DNA of 46,839 bases from a virus (lineage: Duplodnaviria; Caudoviricetes). Of this stretch, positions 20,966-30,357 are shown one piece after another. The DNA lies in IMG/VR virus record IMGVR_UViG_3300035049_000443, positions 1 through 46,839 of that record; one strand, written 5' to 3'. Position 1 is the first letter of the stretch; each line of letters starts with the position of its first letter. A program made the position numbers and the translations under genes. Below the pieces are notes generated by a model. That model worked only from the letters and a program-made list of their open reading frames with translations. It searched no databases and was not told the origin of the DNA.

Positions 20966-21568
20966 TTATACGTCCGTTACAGTGACTTGTTCGCGATAAG
21001 CATGTTCAGCGATCAGCACAAGCCATTTGCAGTTATCACCAAGTTCGTTGTCTGGCCGATTGACGATCCGCAACAGGCGGCAGGTTCCAGCAGTATCGGT
21101 AGCGACATCACTGGAATCCAGCTCCATGCCAGATTTGCCAGTAGTCGTAGATCCGGAGCCAACAACTACGTTCGTTGCCAGACCTACGGAAGCCGCTGCA
21201 ATCGATCCACCAACACTATCTTCCTGGATCTCAAAAATCACGAACGGGTCATCAACTACCAGGCAGTACATTGCAGTACCGCCCTCTCGATACTTCATGG
21301 CCAGATTATCAGGATCTGCCATCAAACTGGGGTCTTTACCAAAACCGATGATAACGCCCACATTAGCTGTATCACCAGCAGTGTGCTGCGCTACCGTAGG
21401 AAACTTACCAGTATCATCAGCGGACCCTTCCAGAGTTACCAGATCACCAATGAAGGTATCTGTATCATCCGTGGAAGGAATATAATACACGTTTGCCTTT
21501 CCATTCCACGACGCGCCAGACAGGTGACCAACAGGCCGAAAGCCAGCCGGAATATCAGCATTTGCCAT
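20966..21568 (-). CDS. Capsid cement/decoration protein, 200 aa
   Basis: MANAD.P.GFRPVG...VVDDPFVIFEIQ...GSTTTGKSGMEL pattern directly upstream of MCP. Confidence 0.7.
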   Translation of the reverse strand: MANADIPAGFRPVGHLSGASWNGKANVYYIPSTDDTDTFIGDLVTLEGSADDTGKFPTVAQHTAGDTANVGVIIGFGKDPSLMADPDNLAMKYREGGTAMYCLVVDDPFVIFEIQEDSVGGSIAAASVGLATNVVVGSGSTTTGKSGMELDSSDVATDTAGTCRLLRIVNRPDNELGDNCKWLVLIAEHAYREQVTVTDV

Positions 21569-21588
21569 AACTACACCTCTTTAAAAGA

Positions 21589-21993
21589 TTAAGAAATTTT
21601 CACTTCGCCAGAAAGACCATCAGCGGCGGAAGGCGTCACATTTTTGCGCTTGATTTGATTTTCAGTCGCAGTAATATCTGCCTGAGCCCTGGCATAATCT
21701 TCCTGATAATACTTCTCCGGGATCTCCATCAGGACTGCGCGCTGACCAGCTCCCACATGCGGATTGGTCATACTGCCCATAGAGGATGGCCGGCCAACTT
21801 TTGGATCACCTACCGGCGTATCCTCTACAGGCGTCCATCCAGCATCCTTAAATGCCTGAATACGATCCCCTTTGTCATTCACAAACCGGCGCACGAATCC
21901 GGATCTTTTCGGTGCAGTTAAAATGTTCCGTGATCCTAACGGAATCCTCTTTCTGGGTGTTCCTTCAGTTTTGTCTTTCTGGCTGTCTACCAT
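21589..21993 (-). CDS. Conserved head-module protein, 134 aa
   Basis: RSGFVRRFVND...GW..V...AVLMEIPEKYY motif between scaffold and capsid genes. Confidence 0.7.
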   Translation of the reverse strand: MVDSQKDKTEGTPRKRIPLGSRNILTAPKRSGFVRRFVNDKGDRIQAFKDAGWTPVEDTPVGDPKVGRPSSMGSMTNPHVGAGQRAVLMEIPEKYYQEDYARAQADITATENQIKRKNVTPSAADGLSGEVKIS

Positions 21994-21994
21994 T

Positions 21995-22987
21995 TTATGC
22001 CTCCTGGAGTTTTGCTATATCTTTGATGTACTGCTCTTCGGTCATAATGCCACTCTGGACGAACTGCTTCATGATGGTCTGCTGGTCCGGAGTTAGGTCA
22101 GCCTTCGTGAATGTTGGAGTGCTGCCGGACTTTTTGCCTCTTTCAACTGGACTGGCCGGCCCAACAGGCTTCTGCTGTCCAGATTGTTTGTCTCCAGCAT
22201 TGGCAAGATTCCGTTTAGGTACAGCCTTCACCGGTTTGGTCGGTTCGAACTTTTCAGGAAAAACCTCAGCAACTTTCGCCCGAACAAGTGGATAAAGTCG
22301 ATTAAGCGGGGCACCAGCATATTGCTGGGCCACCTGATCAGCGTAAGCTGCCATTTCATCGTCCTTCAAATACCAATCGTTTTCCTTGATCCACTCGTCA
22401 TAAATTGGATTTGTTGTAGCTTGCTGCTTTCGGGGTTCGGTCAAATTTTTCTCAATTGAAGAGATTTCATTTTCCAACTCTTCAACCTTATCCACATCGG
22501 CCAGTTCCACAGCAGCCCGCTTCTCTTTCTTCAGGCGTTCAATCTCACCTTGCATGCGACTTACTTCAGCCTTATAAACCCTCTCATTATGATCTTTCAA
22601 GGCATCAATGGAACTCTGCATAGTTGAGAGTTGATTCTTGAGGTCTTTGTTATGATCTCGCATAGAATCCTGAATCTCGCGAGACCGGAGAATGTATGTG
22701 GCCGCATCAACGTAGGAGTCGCCTTCATAATCTGGCTTCCACCCCAATTGGCTGGCCAGCTCCTCAACAGTCGGCGCTGGCTTGGCAGCATCACCATCAG
22801 GCGTGCCATCCTCATCAGGCGTGCCATCCCCATCAGTAGCGGTTGCATCAGAGTTATCAGGATCATCAACATTAACGGCCGTATCATCTGCCAAAGCAGC
22901 AGAATTATCAGTACTGGCTGTATCTTTTTGCGGTAATTCTACTGACGCTGCGCCAGCAATAATATCGTCTACAAATTCTTCCGGCAT
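21995..22987 (-). CDS. Capsid scaffolding protein, 330 aa
   Basis: Acidic N-terminus, LGWKP motif, coiled coil, W...NDWY, C-terminal LTPDQ...IMTEEQYIK; SD AGGAGG. Confidence 0.75.
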   Translation of the reverse strand: MPEEFVDDIIAGAASVELPQKDTASTDNSAALADDTAVNVDDPDNSDATATDGDGTPDEDGTPDGDAAKPAPTVEELASQLGWKPDYEGDSYVDAATYILRSREIQDSMRDHNKDLKNQLSTMQSSIDALKDHNERVYKAEVSRMQGEIERLKKEKRAAVELADVDKVEELENEISSIEKNLTEPRKQQATTNPIYDEWIKENDWYLKDDEMAAYADQVAQQYAGAPLNRLYPLVRAKVAEVFPEKFEPTKPVKAVPKRNLANAGDKQSGQQKPVGPASPVERGKKSGSTPTFTKADLTPDQQTIMKQFVQSGIMTEEQYIKDIAKLQEA

Positions 22988-22999
22988 AATTCCTCCTAA

Positions 23000-23314
23000 T
23001 TAGAACTGCAAAACAGCCAAGATGTCATTGTCATTGATCAATGTATAAAACTTTCCGTCCATACCTTTCATTTCTACGCCAGCATACCGGGCATAGTTCA
23101 CATGATCTCCAACCTCAGCCCAGGGCTGACCATCATCCAGATCAAGCCAGGCCGCAGGTCCAATGGCAATAATTGTTCCGCTGGTTGCAGCTCGCTGCTC
23201 GTTCTCACGAGTTGTCTCTGGCAAAAAGATTCCGCCAGCAGTTTTCTCTTTTACCTCATCAGCAATGACGAGTACATGCCCGCCTGTGGGCTGAATTCCT
23301 GATTCGTTACTCAT
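23000..23314 (-). CDS. groES: Co-chaperonin GroES (Cpn10)
   Basis: IQPTGGHVLV...EKTAGGIFLP...GTIIAIGP...VGDHV.YARYAG.E...LINDNDILAV; start moved to ATG 23314 (SD GAGGAGG). Confidence 0.92.
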   Translation of the reverse strand: MSNESGIQPTGGHVLVIADEVKEKTAGGIFLPETTRENEQRAATSGTIIAIGPAAWLDLDDGQPWAEVGDHVNYARYAGVEMKGMDGKFYTLINDNDILAVLQF

Positions 23315-23546
23315 CTGAATTGTCCTCCTCACTAAAGTGGATCGCTAACAGCTGGTCCAGGCCTTCAACATGCCCGATGGCCCGGCAGGTCATGCCATGC
23401 GTAACATCAGCAGTATGTCCAAGAGTTGCGCCAGTTGAAACTTTTTCCAACAACTCAGATCGGACCTTTCTCAAGGCAGTGAAAATCTCTTGTGTTACTG
23501 GATGCTCTTTCCATTCGTCAAACGCTTCTTTTGTTAAATTCATCAA
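23307..23546 (-). CDS. Small portal-adjacent hypothetical protein, 79 aa
   Basis: F.EWKEHPVTQ motif commonly seen between portal and GroES; SD GAGGGGGAG. Confidence 0.7.
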   Translation of the reverse strand: MMNLTKEAFDEWKEHPVTQEIFTALRKVRSELLEKVSTGATLGHTADVTHGMTCRAIGHVEGLDQLLAIHFSEEDNSDE

Positions 23547-23573
23547 GGTGGCTCCCCCTCTTAATCCTGATTC

Positions 23574-25649
23574 TTATTCCTGGTTATTTGTTTCCAATCC
23601 ATACTCTCTCTTAAGCGTGGATTCTTTCAAACCAGCTGGAGCCTTTCCAATGGACTGTTGACTCCGGCCGAGTTGAATCTGATTCAATAATGAAGCTCCC
23701 TCAAGAGCAATCTTCTTATCGTCGTTGGTGATGCCGGCCTGGGTCTTAGCTATTCCAGCATATTCACTTTCCAATTTGGCATAATTCAGCTCGGTCTCAG
23801 ATTGCAACTTGGCAACTTTCGCCGCAAGTTCGGCCACTTCTTGCTGGAGTTTTTGTAACTCAAGTTGGGCCGCCGGGTCTTCTTGCTCCTGATCAGGTAG
23901 GATGTTTTCCACATCCTCAATGTCCAGCGCAAGAAGGTAGCGCCGCATAATTTCCAGGTCATTCAAACCTTGACCGCGCAACTCCAGCATGGCCTTCGCT
24001 TTCATTATGCGCTGCATCATGGTTGTGTTATTCGGATCAGCTACTGGCACCACATCTAGATCGTGAGCAGAAAAATCTGCCTGAACATCAAACTGGCCCT
24101 CATCCAGCAGAGTATTGTACTCCATCTGGTCGAGGTACAGTGCATTCAGGCGGCGCAGCTTTTGATATTCTTTATATTGCGCTCGGTAAATTCTCTTATG
24201 GACCGCAGAATAAACTTGCAGGCCTTGCTCAATCAGGGCCAGCACAGATTCAGCTGGGACATTCGCACCAGGAGAGTTACCAGCCAGGATTTCTGTCATG
24301 CCGGCGAGTTCTTTGCCACTTTCAATCAGGAGGCCGAGCAGTTGGAAAAGCACAGCCGAAGGTTCACGTACCGGCAGAGGGAAGATATTCTTCTTTAGAT
24401 CATCCCCAGTGGATTCAACGGGCTTCCATTCGCCGGCCTTCACCGTCAGCGATTTGCCCTTCGTGAGACGTAATCCCCTACCCAGGAAGCCGCTCTGCCG
24501 GTTTGAGATTGTCCCAGCATCCAACAGCTGATTAATTAGGGTGTTAATAGCTGAGTTGGTGCTCATCAATAGGGAGCCAAAGCCCATTCCGTAAAAGCCG
24601 CCATCTATGGCAGGCATAAAAAGAAAGCGAGTGAAATAATTCTCCGGTTTAATCTTGATTATGGCCCCTTCAGCATTTCGGAGAATTCCATCAGTAGCGA
24701 ATCTTGGCGAGATACGGACCAGCTTCTGGGTTTGCTCATGAACAGTTACAATATACGGTTCTTGATAGCCATCCCCGTCTAGGTCGTACCACCGATGTTG
24801 TTCCAAAAACAAATGCGGGGTTTCTGCATCAGTGTTGGCCGTCTTATCTGAGGTGGCCTCACCAAGTTCAGTAGGGTCAAATTTGGTGAAGATTCCAGAG
24901 TTGATGCGCTCCACAATTTCGTTATGATAAAGATATATGCGATGCGTAACTCGGGGAGCTCTTTCCAAAGATTCGGCAAAATAATTTACAACTAAATCAT
25001 CAGGGAAGACTGTTTGCGATACGTTGCGCCTCTCAAGTGTGTTAAAGTAACTTTTTTTGAATATACACCCACAGGCAGGCAAGCTAAGAAGTAGCTGATC
25101 TACACCTTCTTCCCAATCTTCCATTTGGTGTAGCAGCTGATAAGACATGAAATCACAAAGACGTTGCGCACGATCAAACTTGGCATTATCTACATCAGCG
25201 CCAAGAATCTTCCCTTTGACGACATCATTACCTTTGATGATCTCTGGATAGGCACGCGCTGCAAATTGGATGCAGGCATTAATAATTAGTGGGTATTTAA
25301 CATTGGCTACCACATCCCCGGCGTAAGTCTTCTTCTTTACCAGCAACTTAGCAAGGTCAATGATTTGCGAATTGAGTTCATACCAATCAGCGCAAGTAGC
25401 CAGATCAGTTTTATATCCTTCCAGGACTTTGGTAGTCAGATCGGCCAGCACCTCAGCAGGCTGCTTTGGCGCCAGGTTGGTTATCAACACAGCAGCTTCA
25501 GCTCGCAGAACTTCTTTCTCAATTGCAAGTTCGACGATTGCCTGATCTGGAACAGCCCCAGAGGTGAGGAGATCATCAACTGGTTCTTCTAATGCCCAGA
25601 TGTTGCCTGCGCCAGGCTGGTCATATTGCATGTTTGTCGACTCTGCCAT
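23574..25649 (-). CDS. Portal protein, 691 aa
   Basis: Follows TerL; ANVKYPLI..ACIQFAARAY, LEQHRWYDLDGDGYQEPYIVTV, GFYGMGFG, NQLLDAGTISN; C-terminal helical barrel. Confidence 0.9.
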   Translation of the reverse strand: MAESTNMQYDQPGAGNIWALEEPVDDLLTSGAVPDQAIVELAIEKEVLRAEAAVLITNLAPKQPAEVLADLTTKVLEGYKTDLATCADWYELNSQIIDLAKLLVKKKTYAGDVVANVKYPLIINACIQFAARAYPEIIKGNDVVKGKILGADVDNAKFDRAQRLCDFMSYQLLHQMEDWEEGVDQLLLSLPACGCIFKKSYFNTLERRNVSQTVFPDDLVVNYFAESLERAPRVTHRIYLYHNEIVERINSGIFTKFDPTELGEATSDKTANTDAETPHLFLEQHRWYDLDGDGYQEPYIVTVHEQTQKLVRISPRFATDGILRNAEGAIIKIKPENYFTRFLFMPAIDGGFYGMGFGSLLMSTNSAINTLINQLLDAGTISNRQSGFLGRGLRLTKGKSLTVKAGEWKPVESTGDDLKKNIFPLPVREPSAVLFQLLGLLIESGKELAGMTEILAGNSPGANVPAESVLALIEQGLQVYSAVHKRIYRAQYKEYQKLRRLNALYLDQMEYNTLLDEGQFDVQADFSAHDLDVVPVADPNNTTMMQRIMKAKAMLELRGQGLNDLEIMRRYLLALDIEDVENILPDQEQEDPAAQLELQKLQQEVAELAAKVAKLQSETELNYAKLESEYAGIAKTQAGITNDDKKIALEGASLLNQIQLGRSQQSIGKAPAGLKESTLKREYGLETNNQE

Positions 25650-25652
25650 TTG

Positions 25653-27125
25653 TTAATATCCCGTAATTAAGTCACGGTCATGAGTTTGATAATTTTCAGA
25701 TTCCTCCAAAGCGAGCAGCTCCCAAAAAGGCTTAGGGATGGCCCTTTGCAACCCAGACATTACCAGATACCTCGTGCAGTCCATCAAATGATCATTCTTC
25801 TTAACTATTTGGCCTTTCTCATCTCGGCAATACTGCCGAAACTCAATGAACCACGGAAGGAGAGAGGAAAACACCTTGAGTTTGTTTGTAGATAACATCT
25901 GCCAAACCTTATAAATGCCGGCCTCAACAGATTTGTCAGCATTAGCAATGTCGAGGCCCAAGCCCCAGTAGATGTCAAAAAGATTCTTTCCGTCCACCTG
26001 AGATCGGCCATGAGCAGCGGAGTCTATCACGCCTGGAATCCATACGCCCCTGGAGCGGATGCCTTCAGCATGAATGATAGGTTCTGCATTACCCTGATAA
26101 TAACAGGAATAGAGGTAGGTTATGTCCGTGTCTGGGTTAGTTGCCCCCCAGAGTGCAGCTGTCTTATTCCAGCCAACATCCAAAGCATAGCAGCGCCGCC
26201 AAAAGTCAGGAATGGGAAAATCGTCAACACTAATATTACTTTCAAGGATGGGATAAATTGCACCGGAACCAAGCTGGGGAACACCCTTAGATCTGGCTTC
26301 TCGTTGATGCGGTGGGAGGGCAGCGTAGAGCTTTTCTTTCTGTGCGGATGTTAGGTGCGGCGCGTCATCCCAAGTTGCCGTAATTAAGCACTTATCACCG
26401 GATGTGTTGTCCATCAGCTGGCCGTCAGGCATAAACTGCAGGACCGTATCGGTCATCCCTTCAAGCGGTGTGAAGGTTAGCATAATCAAACCGTTTGTGG
26501 TCATGGTTCGAGTTACGCACTCAGTATAGATGGCCATCGGGCATTCTTCATCCAGCCAAATGAGGTCTTGCTCCGTCCCTTCGAATGACTTTCTACCTTC
26601 GGCGTAGGACTTGATTTTGCACCGGCTAACTCCACCGGAAATATGCCTGACGAGGATTGTATCGACTGCGTTCGGAACACCGCCGGCTTTGGGTGTGGTC
26701 TTCATTATGTACTTATGTGGAATCAGGCCAGTACCAAAATCTTCAGGTGGCCCTATCAGTTTGTACTGAACAATATCTCTGGCTGTCGTACTGGTGGTCC
26801 CTGCTGCCCAGGCATTGATCGGCCGGTCGAAGCGATATCCTGGCCACCAAGCTGGATAATCTCCAGTAAGATGGCAGGTCGCTTCAAAAGCACCAATGGA
26901 TTCACTTTTTCCTATCCGGTTTGCAGCCATGATGCACCGCTCAGCTTTGGTCTTGCCCATGGCGAAGAACTGCATATGCTTGGGATAGTTATGGCGAGAT
27001 AGTGGCCCATCCTCCGGGAAGAACTGAGAAATCTTGTTGTGCCGCAGCCGAGTTGACTTTTCCTTGAGAAGCTTGAGATATTTCTCCTTTTGCTCCCGAG
27101 ACATGTTGGCTGTGACATCAGGCAT
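25653..27125 (-). CDS. terL: Terminase large subunit, 490 aa
   Basis: Walker A-like AANRIGKS, Walker B IWLDEE, TFTP coupling motif, RNase H-like LDVGW and DHLMDCTRY. Confidence 0.95.
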   Translation of the reverse strand: MPDVTANMSREQKEKYLKLLKEKSTRLRHNKISQFFPEDGPLSRHNYPKHMQFFAMGKTKAERCIMAANRIGKSESIGAFEATCHLTGDYPAWWPGYRFDRPINAWAAGTTSTTARDIVQYKLIGPPEDFGTGLIPHKYIMKTTPKAGGVPNAVDTILVRHISGGVSRCKIKSYAEGRKSFEGTEQDLIWLDEECPMAIYTECVTRTMTTNGLIMLTFTPLEGMTDTVLQFMPDGQLMDNTSGDKCLITATWDDAPHLTSAQKEKLYAALPPHQREARSKGVPQLGSGAIYPILESNISVDDFPIPDFWRRCYALDVGWNKTAALWGATNPDTDITYLYSCYYQGNAEPIIHAEGIRSRGVWIPGVIDSAAHGRSQVDGKNLFDIYWGLGLDIANADKSVEAGIYKVWQMLSTNKLKVFSSLLPWFIEFRQYCRDEKGQIVKKNDHLMDCTRYLVMSGLQRAIPKPFWELLALEESENYQTHDRDLITGY

Positions 27126-27136
27126 AATCAGCTATC

Positions 27137-27829
27137 CTAATCTATGTTATTAAAAGGATTAAAGGCTTCATCAGATAACTTGGCCTCAATGTCAGGCGGC
27201 AGCCCAGATTGTTCTTGCGGCTTGCCTGGAAAGGCATCTTTGGGAAAGGTTATACAGTTGTTATATGTTTGACTGGAAGCAACCACGTCAGGCAGGCGGT
27301 CTTGATCAGTATCCTCAGAGCAAGGAGTAACTCCAGGAAAATCCTGATCTGGCTCAGAAGAATCATTGCTGGCGGCGGAAAACTCTTCTGCTGGTAAAGC
27401 TTTGGTAATTTGATTCCTGGCTATGGTTGCTTCCATGGCACGAATTTCAGCTTCGATCTCGTCATCAGATTTATGGCTATAAACGTCTATCTCGAACTTG
27501 TCGCTGGGCTTGTAGCCATTACGATCAAGTACATCTTTAGCTGCGGTTAGCTGGACATTGAATGGGGCTTTGATTTTAGGATCAAGAATCCGCTCAATAG
27601 TGCCCAGCGCACTCTGGTTGAGGCTAATGAGCTTTTTGCGCACATCCAGGGTGTCTTCCTGAGACTTGTCAATTAAGCCATTTAAATAGGCCTGCCCTAA
27701 AGGACTGCGCAAAATCTGAGATACAGTGCTTGGCGTCATGCCCATCTTTTCCGCGATCTCGTTGTTCTTAAAGCCACTAAAGCTCATCTGGACGATGGTC
27801 CTGTGCTGGCTGCGGAGTTCCTTGAGCAT
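27137..27829 (-). CDS. Probable terminase small subunit (N-terminal HTH), 230 aa
   Basis: NNEIAEKMGMTPSTVSQIL HTH, AAKDVLDRNG motif, directly upstream of terL. Confidence 0.65.
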   Translation of the reverse strand: MLKELRSQHRTIVQMSFSGFKNNEIAEKMGMTPSTVSQILRSPLGQAYLNGLIDKSQEDTLDVRKKLISLNQSALGTIERILDPKIKAPFNVQLTAAKDVLDRNGYKPSDKFEIDVYSHKSDDEIEAEIRAMEATIARNQITKALPAEEFSAASNDSSEPDQDFPGVTPCSEDTDQDRLPDVVASSQTYNNCITFPKDAFPGKPQEQSGLPPDIEAKLSDEAFNPFNNID

Positions 27830-27948
27830 GCGAGTAAGATCCTTGGTAAGTGTATAAAGTTTTTATGTTCCAGAAGAGTTAATGCTTGCCTGATCGGGAG
27901 GCAGTTGCCACTGTTGCTGGCCGGATAAAACTTCTGGAGCTTACCTTA

Positions 27949-27977
27949 GGTGTACCACGTTCCGGGCGGGAAGTCAA
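27949..27977 (-). promoter_or_regulatory. sigma70-type promoter for the packaging/structural operon
   Basis: TTGACT-N17-TACACC with CGTGG before -10 (extended -10). Confidence 0.55.
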
Positions 27978-28248
27978 GCGAAAAAAATGCCTTATTTGGT
28001 CAGGTGACAAAAAACATTCTTCCGGACACAATGAAGGCACTATGCCTGGGGGCTGGCCTATATAATAAGGTAGCAACCATGAACAAACATCAGAAGCATT
28101 ACCATAAAGTTGGTCTTTATTCCAGCTGTTTGAAAATCGTTCCCTGAAAAGCAAAACCTGGTAGTTGCTTGTTCAGATAGCTGGAATTTCCAAATTTTGG
28201 TACAAGAGAAGAAAACTTAACAGTGCTTATATAACAGAGGAAATTTTA

Positions 28249-28899
28249 TTATTGTTTTTTCGTAATACTTTGTTTTAATTTTTTCTGGTATTGTTTAAAA
28301 GACATTTTATGCTTATTTCCTGAAAGAAAATTTTTTACTTGGTGTTCACGTAATGAACGAAAACTTTTTCTTTTTTGAACAACTGTTTGTACATAAATAT
28401 ATGCAGGACTATTTAACTCATAAGAAGCATCATCAATACACTGCTCAGCAGCTAATCTATGACAAACAGCCTCAGTAAAAGAATCAAAACTACCAAGATA
28501 AAAATTTTTATTTTTATATCCAATCGATGCACACCAACAAGAATCTAAATAAACTCCAGGAATTAAAAAACAAGCTTTTCGATTAATACGATTCCTTTGA
28601 TTTTGACTTGCAGTAACCTCTTTTAAATTTTCTATCCGATTATCACACTTACACTGATTTTTATGGTCTATCTGTTTTGGCCAATAACCTTTTTGATGAA
28701 GCCAAATAATTGTATGCGCTGTATAACTTTTGCCCTTAACACAGACAGTTAAATATCCATCATGATTTAAATTAAATTGAGGTCCTTTTCTTGCACGATA
28801 GTGGTTTTCTTTTCTAATTAAAAGTCCTGAAGTTTGATCATAAAGAAATAGTTCTTGAACTTGTGCCTGTGTTGGTTTAGCTAACTGATTCTTTTTCAT
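28249..28899 (-). CDS. Free-standing HNH homing endonuclease with AP2-like DNA-binding domain
   Basis: IDHKNQCKCDNRIENLKEVT.SQNQRN HNH motif; GVY...W.ASI...YLGSFDSFTEA AP2-like; visibly AT-rich; ATG 28899 with SD GGAG. Confidence 0.9.
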   Translation of the reverse strand: MKKNQLAKPTQAQVQELFLYDQTSGLLIRKENHYRARKGPQFNLNHDGYLTVCVKGKSYTAHTIIWLHQKGYWPKQIDHKNQCKCDNRIENLKEVTASQNQRNRINRKACFLIPGVYLDSCWCASIGYKNKNFYLGSFDSFTEAVCHRLAAEQCIDDASYELNSPAYIYVQTVVQKRKSFRSLREHQVKNFLSGNKHKMSFKQYQKKLKQSITKKQ

Positions 28900-28939
28900 A
28901 AAATTCTCCAAAGAATAATCTTAAATTAAAGTTTCTATT

Positions 28940-28968
28940 ATAATAACATAAAGTTTTTTGTTTGTCAA
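28940..28968 (-). promoter_or_regulatory. sigma70 promoter of the HNH gene
   Basis: TTGACA-N17-TATTAT with TG extension. Confidence 0.7.
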
Positions 28969-29465
28969 GGAGGCGTTTGTCACCTAAAGAAAAAAGTAAA
29001 AATCCACAAATCAGTATAGAAAGCCCTAATCTGACCTGGAGAATCGAGGCATCGCTCTACCCGGATGTGCGTGCGTTCCATAATTGTTCCCATGCGCTCA
29101 GGCGCATACTACGTCCCAGGTAAACGACACCAAAAAGCTGGCAGCAGCTACAATGTAGCCACAAACCCAACGGTTTATAAAAATGAATCGGGCAGAACGC
29201 CCGCCGGCCGTGGGTTTCCAGCAGAATTGCATCATTTCCGGTGGACCCGGGTTCAATATCGTGAACAGGCGGAAACCGGCATGGATAGCGGATCTTGGCG
29301 GATATAAGGGATCGTGATAAGGCAAACGGTTTATAATCTTGAACAGTTTGGCCCCCGGTAAACCGGCAGCATCCATATAGATATGGGACCAGGACAGAGG
29401 TGAAAAGAAAAAATGTTGAATGATTTCAGCCAGTTGGAAAATAAATCGAGTTGGCTGGTACAGTT

Positions 29466-29481
29466 TGGTACGGGGGTTGCA
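29466..29481 (+). promoter_or_regulatory. sigma54-type (-24/-12) promoter upstream of ORF 29619
   Basis: TGGTACG-GGGG-TTGCA, exact GG-N10-GC spacing. Confidence 0.55.
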
Positions 29482-29618
29482 GTACAGTTTGGCACGTCCG
29501 GCAGGGAATCGCCTGACAGAGGTCTTTGACAATTTGTGAGCTGGCAGGATAAAGGGATTCCTGCTACAACAACCGGCCCGGATACCGGGCCATTAACTCA
29601 ATTTAAAGGAGTATTATC

Positions 29619-30023
29619 ATGAAAAGTACTTATGAAACCCTGAATGCCCAGCAGACCGAAACATCCGTACCACATTACAGCAAGGACAATGTGGAACATA
29701 ACCTGCCGGCTGGAATGTTTCCAAACGGTGAGACTTATGTGGATGCAACAAAGCTTGAACAGTGGGCCAGGGAAAATGGATGCCTGCATTCTCTCATGCA
29801 ACTTGGGGTTCAGCAAGGCCTGATTAAGGTTCGTGCGACATTTAAGAGTGTGAAAAAAGATGACGTATGGACTCCGGAATATGGTCAGACCAATGTAGAT
29901 GCCTGGGAATGGCCAGTACAGGATAAACCGAAAAGCAAAAAGTCTGCGGCAGATATTGCGGCAGAGTTTCTGGCAAACATGACCACAGAACAGCGAGCGG
30001 TCTTTCTCAAAAGCCTTAAGTAA
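29619..30023 (+). CDS. Hypothetical early protein, 134 aa (probable paralog of 42389-42745)
   Basis: Strong SD AAAGGAG, upstream GGCCCGG/CCGGGCC hairpin, own terminator. Confidence 0.85.
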   Translation: MKSTYETLNAQQTETSVPHYSKDNVEHNLPAGMFPNGETYVDATKLEQWARENGCLHSLMQLGVQQGLIKVRATFKSVKKDDVWTPEYGQTNVDAWEWPVQDKPKSKKSAADIAAEFLANMTTEQRAVFLKSLK

Positions 30024-30037
30024 GCTAACCATTAATC

Positions 30038-30079
30038 AAAGCCCGGCAGGTCAATCCACCGACCTGACCGGGCTTTTTT
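30038..30079 (+). terminator. Rho-independent terminator
   Basis: AAAGCCCGG-CAGGTC...GACCTG-A-CCGGGC followed by T6. Confidence 0.85.
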
Positions 30080-30094
30080 GCTTGGTAACTACGC

Positions 30095-30214
30095 CACCAG
30101 GAATAGCATGCCTCACCAGGAATAGCATGCCTCACCAGGAATAGCATGCCTCACCAGGAATAGCATGCCTCACCAGGAATAGCATGCCTCACCAGGAATA
30201 GCATGCCTCACCAG
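30095..30214. repeat. Tandem repeat, 6 perfect copies of 19-bp CACCAGGAATAGCATGCCT plus 6 bp
   Basis: Direct reading; no spacers. Confidence 0.97.
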
Positions 30215-30270
30215 TTCCCTGGCCCGGAATGGCTGTTCATGCTATCCGGCAGTCATGCTGCAATGCCTCC

Positions 30271-30286
30271 AGTTTCACGTGAAACA
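30271..30286. promoter_or_regulatory. parS: Chromosome-type parS site
   Basis: AGTTTCACGTGAAACA, 15/16 match to TGTTTCACGTGAAACA; extra half-site CGTGAAACA at 30289-30297. Confidence 0.7.
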
Positions 30287-30315
30287 GGCGTGAAACACAC
30301 AAGCCGGGCCTACCA

Positions 30316-30332
30316 TGCAAAAACCGTGCCAA
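30316..30332 (-). promoter_or_regulatory. sigma54 promoter
   Basis: TTGGCACG-GTTT-TTGCA, perfect consensus. Confidence 0.75.
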
Positions 30333-30344
30333 CCAAAATACTCC

Positions 30345-30357
30345 TAATTGCTTGATT
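30345..30357 (-). promoter_or_regulatory. IHF consensus site upstream of the sigma54 promoter
   Basis: AATCAAGCAATTA = WATCAANNNNTTR, about -38 to -50 from the predicted start. Confidence 0.6.

Noticed and set aside
1278-27397. Many plus-strand ORFs antisense to the structural genes (and minus-strand ORFs in the early arm)
   Set aside because: Shadow frames of well-supported genes, with no SD or recognisable motifs
28119-28970. Group I intron carrying the HNH gene
   Set aside because: No interrupted host gene and no recognisable P7 core; the gene has its own promoter
29065-29532. ORFs 29065-29307 (+) and 29098-29532 (-)
   Set aside because: No SD or motifs; they overlap regulatory sites in the control region
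30095-30214. CRISPR mini-array or sigma54 decoy array
   Set aside because: Repeats are contiguous with no spacers; the minus-strand AGGCATG-CTAT-TCCT lacks the GG-N10-GC spacing
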